Shown here in pieces: positions 1-6,429 of a stretch of DNA of 6,429 nucleotides. The notes under the pieces are model-generated. The model made no database searches and was not told the origin of the DNA. It saw nothing but the letters and a program-made list of their open reading frames with translations. The stretch's first letter is position 1. Each line of letters opens with the position of its first letter. Source of the stretch: Rotaria sp. (Eukaryota); assembly GCA_905250055.1 (NCBI GenBank), contig CAJNOF010000069.1, positions 334,518-340,946 on the forward strand, written 5' to 3'. A program made the translations under genes and the position numbers.

Positions 1-32
1 AAAGAGAAAGAAGAATAAGAACAAGAAGAAGG

Positions 33-64
33 AGGATCGTCCATCTATAATAGATGGCGATCCT
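33..64. repeat. Short hairpin (14-bp stem with one bulged T, 3-nt loop) next to the telomere-like tract
   Basis: AGGATCGTCCATCTA / TAGATGGCGATCCT: the right arm reverse complements to AGGATCGCCATCTA, identical to the left arm except for one extra T. Confidence 0.6.
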
Positions 65-87
65 GACACCTCCCCCCACAGTACAAG

Positions 88-216
88 GTCAGGGTGTGGG
101 TGTGGGTGTGGAATGTGGGTATGTGGCTGTGACTATGATTATGGCTGTGTGGATGTGGGTGTGGATGGGGTGTGGGTGTGGGTGTGTGGCTGTGAGGTGT
201 GGATGTGGATGTGGAT
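88..216 (+). repeat. Degenerate interstitial telomere-like tract, TGTGGG-type (bdelloid-like) with TGTGGA/TGTGGC variants
   Basis: Reads GGGTGTGGGTGTGGGTGTGG...ATGTGGGTGTGGATGGGGTGTGGGTGTGGGTGTGTGG. The G-rich strand is +. The hexamer matches the repeat reported for bdelloid rotifer telomeres. Confidence 0.7.
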
Positions 217-609
217 ATGAGTCTAGTATTCCCCCTTACCCACATCCAAGCCAAATAATATAATAATATAGCCTAACTTAAAATATGTGATTGTTAATAT
301 TGTTGGAGTTAAACAGCCAAGTGCTTGATGGTTGTAATCTGTATCCATGATCAAATAACGAAGAAAAGGAAATTTATGCGAACAGAATTCATGTGTTGGA
401 CATCAAGGCTTGAAGTAAATATATTCATCCTTATGGACATTTTGTCTGTTCTTGCCATGTCTACATCGTTAATATAGAGTAGACCTGTGATACTAGTTTT
501 TTTAAGAAAATGATAATAAAACCAATTTTATGACAATGGCTCTATCAAATTTTAACATTCTAAGAAATATTTGTCGTTATATTTTGTTTCTCATTGAAAA
601 ATTTCTTAA

Positions 610-613
610 TTAA
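610..613. repeat. TTAA target-site duplication, left copy
   Basis: TTAA immediately before CCTTTTGAGTCCCGG; matched by TTAA at 1666-1669. Confidence 0.8.
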
Positions 614-679
614 CCTTTTGAGTCCCGGCTTTTTTTTGCGAAACTCGAATTTTTTTAATGAAATTTTTAAATATGATCC

Positions 680-961
680 TTATTTCTTTACTGAGAAATT
701 ACATTTTTGTGTCAAAAAATCATTAGCAATCATCTTGGTACGATAGTCTTTGAAGCAATCAACAATAGATGGAAATGCATCGCAGTCAGGATAAGTATAT
801 CGTGTGTCACGTCGAATATCATGCGATGTGCAAACGACGCATTTTCTTTGGGACTGGTTTGATTGCGATGTTTGTGGAATAAGCAAAGGGAAATGTCGAT
901 CAGTTAGAGGAAGAGAAGAATCTCTTGTCGATGGTAGTTGGTCTTTGTGGTTCGTACTTTG
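680..961 (-). pseudogene. piggyBac transposase C-terminal fragment with a decayed cysteine-rich (zinc-finger-like) tail
   Basis: The minus-strand open frame bounded by an upstream TGA (962-964) reads ...LPLTDRHFPLLIPQTSQSNQSQRKCVVCTSHDIRRDTRYTYPDCDAFPSIVDCFKDYRT.... This resembles the piggyBac tail pattern R-LTxRHFPxLIPPT...RRCVVC...RRxTRYxCxxC...LCxxPCFxxYHT, with two cysteines replaced. It extends the 680..886 ORF in the supplied track. Confidence 0.8.
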
Positions 962-1054
962 TCAAAATCGTTCTAATTATTTCAAGTCAAAAATCAGATA
1001 GATGAGAGGAAATATTGTTCTGCATTCTGTAAATTACAAATGCATTATATACTG

Positions 1055-1168
1055 TCATACGCAATCAAAAGCCGTTAGAAGTTCATCTTCTGACGATAAG
1101 CCGGATTGAGAGCTATTCCAGATTTCCCCAATTTCTTCCTCAGTCAAACGTCTTTTTCTTGAAGCCAT
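1055..1168 (-). pseudogene. piggyBac transposase N-terminal fragment (37 aa, then TGA)
   Basis: Minus-strand ATG at 1168 encodes MASRKRRLTEEEIGEIWNSSQSGLSSEDELLTAFDCV*. This resembles the common piggyBac start (MxxRKRxLTxEEI...SDxE), and it is correctly placed upstream of the C-terminal fragment. Confidence 0.7.
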
Positions 1169-1665
1169 TGTAAATATGTGCAAGGTAGGTCGTTGAAGTA
1201 TACGATTATTATCCATAGAAGAATATATTCGGTTCGTTCTTACTGTTGTCTTTTACTATTCGAACGATGGGTATAAATACGCTATGGTTTAGAAACGGAA
1301 AGAACTTGCTATATTTTCTAGGTAAGATAGGGCTAACTAAAACTTTACGGAAAGATAGAAACTAACTAGAGAGTACTAGAGAGAACAGTAGATTATCAAT
1401 TCAAACAAAAGAACGAAAGAAAAATTATTGAATTGGAATGCACTACAATGAAAGATATCGTGCGTTATCGTATAGAACGAAAGAAAGCGCATAGAATATA
1501 GGTATGTAATACTAACCAGCAGAAAGGAAAGAAAGAATGATTGTACTTGTATGACATCACCTAATAAACGATAAAAAGGTGTTCAAACAATTAAAGAATA
1601 TATTAGAAGCATCATTGTCAAAGAATTGTATTCGGACGCATATATCGTCCCCGGAACTCAAAAGG

Positions 1666-1669
1666 TTAA
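1666..1669. repeat. TTAA target-site duplication, right copy
   Basis: TTAA directly after the right terminus; matches 610-613. Confidence 0.8.
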
Positions 1670-1752
1670 GACTTTATTTTAGAGGAAGATATATGATATC
1701 TAACGAGGGAACTGTTCCAACTGATCCATCGCTTTAAGGTCGAAACTGTGTG

Positions 1753-2290
1753 CATCATGCGGGCCCCAATGAGCTATGAATACACTGAAAAAAGTTCGGG
1801 TCTATAGCTTATTACTGTGAAGATATTACATTTTGAAGGGTATTTTTTTTACCTCAGTTTCCTGGTCGCCCTCAGGACCATCAAAAAAACTAATTTTCGA
1901 ATGTCAAGTAGAAACTTTACACAAAGAGAGGTCTTAGAAAGAATAGCTTATTGTGAAAGTTTCAGCCTTTTCGATTGCACCTATTCTGAAATAAGGACAT
2001 CGAAATCTGCTAGTATATAAGCGATATGAACAAGATGCTGTTCTCATAACTATACCTTAGAATAGGAACAACGAAAAAATCTGAAACTTTCAGCATAAGC
2101 TATTCTCTCTAAGACCTCTCTCTATGCAAAGTTTCAAGTTGAAATTCCAAAGTCAGTTTTCCTGATGTCCCTGAAGAGGACCACGGGATTGAGGTAAAAA
2201 TACCCTTAAAAATGCAGTATCTCTTCAGTAACAAGCTATGGACCCGAACTATTTTCAGTGTATTCATAGCTCCTTAGGGTCTGCATGATG
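1753..2290. mobile_element. Foldback-type long inverted repeat: arms ~1753-1989 and ~2058-2290, central spacer ~68 bp
   Basis: Left arm CATCATGC...GAGCTATGAATACACTGAAAAAAGTTCGGGTCTATAGCTT...GAGAGGTCTTAGAAAGAATAGCTTAT...GAAAGTTTCAG...CCTATTCT. It matches the reverse complement of the right arm: CATCATGC...GAGCTATGAATACACTGAAAATAGTTCGGGTCCATAGCTT...GAGAGGTCTTAGAGAGAATAGCTTAT...GAAAGTTTCAG...CCTATTCT. Identity is roughly 80% by eye. Confidence 0.85.
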
Positions 2291-2939
2291 TTCCCTCTAG
2301 AGTTAACTCGATGATGCTAAAAAATTTGTTGTCGTTGTGAAACTATCCTCGAATGTATCGACACCGATCTTTCAAAATCGACCGTTATAGGTTTTGAATT
2401 CTGTTAAAGACAATGTTCTATGAACTCATGAAGAAGAACTTGGCATGTTTGCTGATTCTTCTTCGGTAATAATGTAAATACAACTGATATAATACAGAAA
2501 GCTACATGTCAAAGTAGAGGAAGTACTGATCTTAAATTGCTATTGACCAATCATTGTTCAAAAAGTGCTTGCGATTGAAAAGTAGATGAAAATAGAGTTA
2601 GACGATCATTACTAAAATTAGAATCAGTTGTCGCAATTTATTATTGATTTTTTTTCCTTGGATCATTGATATAACCTCTAATTTAACTTTAGTTACCCAA
2701 ACTTATTCATTGGCTAATTAGTTTGATCTGTTCCGTTAACAACTGACATATTTAAATCTCCTATTCCCAATGAGACAGAAAACAAATGTCATCAGCTGGC
2801 ATATAGATTGTGAAATAACATGAGTCAAGGTTTACTTTTCTTTTCTTTCTGTCGCTATTCATTATTACTCCGTGTCTCTTTTCTTTTCTCACTTTGACTT
2901 TTCATTTCACACAAATCATAAGTGTAGAAGCAAAAAAAA

Positions 2940-3171
2940 ATGACTGACATATGCATTCTTACATACAATGTCTTAGCTGCTGTCTTTGTTAAAAAGCAAT
3001 ACTACCCAAGCACTTCATCCAACCTCCTCGACTATCAAAATCGCCGTGAACATACACTACACCTAATTCAAAGCTCCTCAGCTGATTTCATTATGCTACA
3101 GGAAGCACAGGAACAAGATCGGCTCCTATTTGAAAAATATTTTCCGTCAAGATATGACTGCTCATCCCTGG
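2940..3171 (+). CDS. EEP-family nuclease/phosphatase, exon 1 (N-terminal half)
   Basis: ATG at 2940: MTDICILTYNVLAAVFVKKQYYPSTSSNLLDYQNRREHTLHLIQSSSADFIMLQEAQEQDRLLFEKYFPSRYDCSSL, then a G|GTAAGT donor. Motifs LTYNVLA (catalytic Asn) and DFIMLQE (catalytic Glu) are typical of EEP / CCR4-like proteins. Confidence 0.8.
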
Positions 3172-3208
3172 GTAAGTTCATTAGAATAAACTACTAACAT
3201 ATTGATCA

Positions 3209-4387
3209 GTGGTGCCACCTGTGAGATACACATGTTCTTGTGCAGTCATGGAAACCGCAGATCGATAGCTATTGTGGGAAAAAAGGAGTCTCAGTGGGAA
3301 AAGGCAATTAGAGGTAAAAACAAGTTCTATCGGAGAACTTATTGAACCCACTATTCTTAATCTTGAACCTTCATTTCGTATATGAATGGGAGACTACGGC
3401 GGAATTTTTCGAACACTCACTTTAAAAAATATCTATAAATGATTTAAGAAGTGCAAATGCAGTTTGTCTCTGTTATCGATGACAAGTGTCCTCACTATCG
3501 TTTCTCTTTCTTTCTCTACAACACACAAACACTTTAGAGACATTCCTTCTCATCTTTTCATTCACAGTGTTCTGTACCTTTTCGTTTCATGTTCTGTTTT
3601 CGAGAAAGAATGTTATCTACAATACCATTCTTTCTCTTTTCTTCTTTTTCATATATATGTGTATGCTTGATTCAGTAATGTGTGCAGGTTTTTTTTTCAC
3701 ATACATACATCGATTACAGTGCAGCTCCTCTCTCCTTCGGCAAACACGGTTTAGTCCGTTTCTCAGAGAGAGCTCACAGTCCCGAATAACCTTCAACATT
3801 CTAAAAGACTCGAAAACATTTCAAAATACTTTCAGTCGATAACCTATTCAGTCTCATGCAAAGCGAAACCATAACCACATCTCTAAAGCGTCTCCTCCAA
3901 GTAACACCAACATTTTTTCGAAAGGGTGCGTAATGAAAGAGCTCTTTGAACTATCACCTGCAAGCTTTACCTCTTTGTGCATTCTGGCTGTGGTACCTCA
4001 TGAGAATGTTGAGAAATGTAGCCGCAAGCAGTGGCATAGATTATCAATTGAAAGTTTTTACAAAGGTTTTTGATTTTTCAGAATGCCGCATGTTTTCGGA
4101 CAAAACTAGATTATTATGATAAAGTTTCTGTCTGCTCAAACCTTTTGCAGATACTTTTTGAAATAAGATGTGATAAAGTTTTGTCGTACTCTTTCATCTC
4201 TGGCCAAAATAAAGGTTTAAGATTAAGAATAAGAGGCTCAATAAGGTGTGCAATAGAGGTCATTTTTCTAAGTAAGTATTTTGTTCTCAAATTATTTTCT
4301 GTAGTAGCTAGCGACTCTCAGTTTTTGACAATGAAACCAGCGTCCAAAATCTGCATCGAAAAATGTTTAAATCGCAGGTGGCACGAC
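3209..4387. mobile_element. Diverged long-inverted-repeat (foldback/MITE-like) insertion inside the intron of the EEP gene; arms ~3209-3460 and ~4110-4387
   Basis: GTGGTGCCACCTGTGA (3209 on) vs the reverse complement ending at 4387, GTCGTGCCACCTGCGA. CTTATTGAACCCACTATTCTTAATCTTGAACCTTCATTTCG (3338 on) vs reverse complement from 4246, CTTATTGAGCCTCTTATTCTTAATCTTAAACCTTTATTTTG (34/41). Further diverged matches continue inward (CACTCACTTTAAAAAATATCT vs CACATCTTATTTCAAAAAGTATCT). Spacing between matching blocks is similar in both arms (129 vs 141 nt). Confidence 0.65.
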
Positions 4388-4432
4388 AAGCTATGTCTAA
4401 AATAATTTGTGCCATACGATTTATCCTTCTAG

Positions 4433-4959
4433 CTTCGAAATCTGAACCAGTTAATGCACGTAGTGCCGGTGCTATGACACTCGTCTCAAAAACATGGGCA
4501 GGAAAATATGATATTGTACCAATTTCATTCGATAATGGCAAAAAGTGTCAAGTTATTAATTGTCAAACCCATGATGGGAAACGCTTTTCGATTGTGAACG
4601 TACATCTAGACTTTAATGTGAAAGAAAAACAGTTTGCTGAATTGGAAGAGCTCGTGTTCAGACGGTTTGCAGGACCGTTTATTGTCCTTGGTGATATGAA
4701 TGCTACAAGACATGAAATGGAAAAAATGTTCAAGAAGCACACAACGATAAAATTTGTAAATGCAATTAGTGGAGACCCAAATACATATTTTAGCGAAGAT
4801 GGAAGAGGAACGAGGCAGTGCGATCATATTTGGATTGAAGAAGGGTACTTCCAAGTGAAAAATGTCGATGTATCGACCAAGATAAATGATTTGGAGGAGT
4901 GTTTGAAACAGTTTGGATCGGATCACGTACCGATTGAAGTTTTAATTAGTATCGTTTGA
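4433..4959 (+). CDS. EEP-family nuclease/phosphatase, exon 2 (C-terminal half, to the stop)
   Basis: Continuous frame ...SEPVNARSAGAMTLVSKTW...FSIVNVHLDFNVKEKQFAELEELV...FIVLGDMNATRHEM...DPNTYFSEDGRGTRQCDHIWIEEG...EECLKQFGSDHVPIEVLISIV*. Motifs present: VHLD, GDMNA, CDHIWI and SDHVPI. The acceptor TTTATCCTTCTAG at 4432 is in phase with exon 1. An alternative in-phase acceptor is CCAG at 4450. Confidence 0.82.
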
Positions 4960-4997
4960 GATGCTTTTAACTATTCATTGCTTGTGCTGCTTATGGG

Positions 4998-5013
4998 AAT
5001 AAAAGTAAATAAA
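4998..5013 (+). promoter_or_regulatory. Candidate polyadenylation signals (two AATAAA) downstream of the EEP stop codon
   Basis: AATAAA at 4998-5003 and 5008-5013, 39-54 nt after the TGA at 4957-4959. Confidence 0.55.
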
Positions 5014-5847
5014 GAAGCACTTCTCAATAGATACTTTTGTCATGCCAACAAAAAAGATGCGTTTAAACATAGAAATAACTTTTTTTTTCGAAAAGTTTGC
5101 GCTGAAACGCTCTTTTATATAAAAAATTGTTTTTCGTGGGTAATCTGATAGCAGTTGATATTTTTTCAAAGACATATCAATCATGTGTTATAATTCATTC
5201 TCACTGTATATTCTCAAGACGATTTTTTATTGAATCTGTATTTATTTGAATACTACGAAGCAAAATCGTTAGTAATAAGTAAAGTCTTTAATTAGAGAAA
5301 AAAACTGAATAATGTTTGAAAAATTTTTCATTTGATTGAATAAATTTGATTATTTATTTATCGAATCCAAAAATTCGAAGACACTGCCATAGTTTGATAT
5401 CGAATCGTTGTCGATACACTTTTTGGCATGAATAAAATTTATTCGAATAGATTTTTGTCAAGAATTCATTTAAAAATACATCTAAATTAGCTTGTGTAGA
5501 TATTTTATAATTGATTAATCCTTTTATGTTGAATTGTTTTAGTCCTGTTCGTCATACCTTGATCATAGAGTTGGTGGACATCGGTCGCTAAAATATATAG
5601 TGATTTCACTGTTTGAAATCGTTAACAAAGACCAGCAATATGTTCTGTTTGCATTTGTACTATGAGTTCAGCAGCACTGTTATCCCACCTGAATAAATAT
5701 CAACCATTAAGAAGTTTATTCATATAAAAAACTAAAGATTTACCAGAAAATAGCTGACTCAGATTAACTGGTACATTTTTCAAATGATGTTAGTAGTTTA
5801 TAGGTAAACGAATTTAATGTGATATTCAACTGTTGTATTTTGAGTAA

Positions 5848-5936
5848 GTGTGAGTGTGGGTGGGTGTGGGTGTGTGGATGGTGGGTGTGGGTGTGGGGTG
5901 TGGGTGGGCGTGGGTGTGGGTGTGGGTGTGCATGTG
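5848..5936 (+). repeat. Interstitial telomere-like tract, G-rich strand on +
   Basis: GTGTGAGTGTGGGTGGGTGTGGGTGTGTGGATGGTGGGTGTGGGTGTGGGGTGTGGGTGGGCGTGGGTGTGGGTGTGGGTGTG: repeated TGTGGG units with minor variants. Confidence 0.8.
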
Positions 5937-5951
5937 AATATTTCCTTCTCT

Positions 5952-5996
5952 ACATCCACACTCACCACACCCACACCAACACCCACAGTCACACCC
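5952..5996 (-). repeat. Interstitial telomere-like tract, C-rich strand on + (inverted relative to 5848-5936)
   Basis: ACATCCACACTCACCACACCCACACCAACACCCACAGTCACACCC. Its reverse complement is GGGTGTGACTGTGGGTGTTGGTGTGGGTGTGGTGAGTGTGGATGT. Confidence 0.75.
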
Positions 5997-6429
5997 GTCG
6001 CTAACGATGTTTGTTCTTTAATAACTCCTTTGTGCACAGCACTAGAATGTTGATTTTTTATTATGTCTAGATTCAATGGAGACTCTTAAAAGATGTAAAA
6101 ATCACACCTAAACTAGCTGATAATTTCTAGATATGCTTACTGCAAATTTGCGATATCACCTCGCTAACGAATGATCTACCCATATAGACTGCTTTGTATG
6201 CATATGATGTTACCTGTAATATTTTACTATAGATCTGTCATTTATTGTATTATGTGCTATACTGTTCCAGTTTTATATCTGATTTCTTGGCATACTTGTA
6301 TTTATCGTCTTGCAATAGACTACTAGATTCGTGAGAGAATGATATTTCATAATATTTATCTTCCTGTCCTTTGTTTTTGTATTAACTATATTTCGTTTGG
6401 TACTATGAAAGATTTGCTGAATTGTAATG

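Larger units (their letters stand above)
614..1665 (-). mobile_element. Internally deleted piggyBac-superfamily DNA transposon (MITE-like, non-autonomous)
   Basis: Left terminus CCTTTTGAGTCCCGG (614-628). Right terminus CCGGAACTCAAAAGG (1651-1665) reverse complements to CCTTTTGAGTTCCGG, a 14/15 match. TTAA flanks both ends. The minus strand encodes piggyBac-like N- and C-terminal fragments. Confidence 0.85.

Noticed and set aside
45-263. ORFs 45..254 (-) and 54..263 (+)
   Set aside because: Translations (HSHTPTPTPHPHPH, GCGCGYE) are simple read-through of the TGTGGG-type repeat, not proteins.
1817-2020. 67-aa ORF with a hydrophobic start
   Set aside because: Lies inside the left arm of the foldback palindrome; no family resemblance.
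2785-2800. CTGATGA on the minus strand, checked as a hammerhead ribozyme core because Penelope-like elements can carry them
   Set aside because: No properly placed GAAA and no supporting stems I and III.
3246-3313. Possible extra exon flanked by GTGCAG and GGTAAAAA
   Set aside because: 68 nt (not a multiple of 3); in the phase set by exon 1 it reads VMETADR* with an immediate stop, and its inclusion would break phase with exon 2. It also lies within the inverted-repeat arm.
4070-4405. 111-aa ORF
   Set aside because: Overlaps the right arm of the intronic inverted repeat; sequence not recognised and it runs out of frame with the real gene.
4308-4926. Minus-strand ORFs 4308..4541 and 4606..4926
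   Set aside because: Antisense shadows of the well-supported + strand EEP exon.
5052-5116. Short inverted repeat AAAAGATGCGTTTA / TGAAACGCTCTTTT
   Set aside because: Only a ~14-bp imperfect match with a long AT-rich loop; near chance level in such sequence.
5798-6076. ORFs 5798..6076 (-), 5819..6004 (+), 5850..6053 (+)
   Set aside because: PTPTPTP / VWVWG / GVGVGV strings are repeat by-products with no independent coding evidence.
1-6429. CRISPR array, phage defence island, or other prokaryotic system
   Set aside because: No regularly spaced repeats and no operon-like ORF packing; introns, AATAAA signals, piggyBac and telomere-like repeats indicate a eukaryotic genome.

Overview
AT-rich eukaryotic DNA. 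I read it, by inference, as an interstitial or subtelomeric-type region of a bdelloid rotifer, because the two G-rich tracts are built mainly on the TGTGGG hexamer reported as the bdelloid telomere repeat. Main contents: (1) a degenerate TGTGGG tract at ~88-216, and a second one at ~5848-5996 that runs G-rich then C-rich (head-to-head); (2) a 1052-bp piggyBac-derived element (614-1665) with matching TTAA on both sides and near-identical termini. On the minus strand it keeps a recognisable transposase N-terminus and C-terminal Cys-rich tail but lacks the catalytic core; (3) a ~540-bp foldback palindrome (~1753-2290); (4) a split gene on + for an endonuclease/exonuclease/phosphatase (EEP) fold protein: exon 1 at 2940-3171 and exon 2 at ~4433-4959. 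The two exons are phase-compatible and together carry the recognisable catalytic motifs; (5) an old, diverged inverted-repeat element (~3209-4387) filling the intron of that gene. Most other ORFs in the track look like by-products of repeats. No CRISPR, rRNA, tRNA or reverse transcriptase was recognised. I cannot demonstrate a new multi-gene system. The strongest anomalies are the repeat architecture and the apparently intact nuclease gene between telomere-like tracts.
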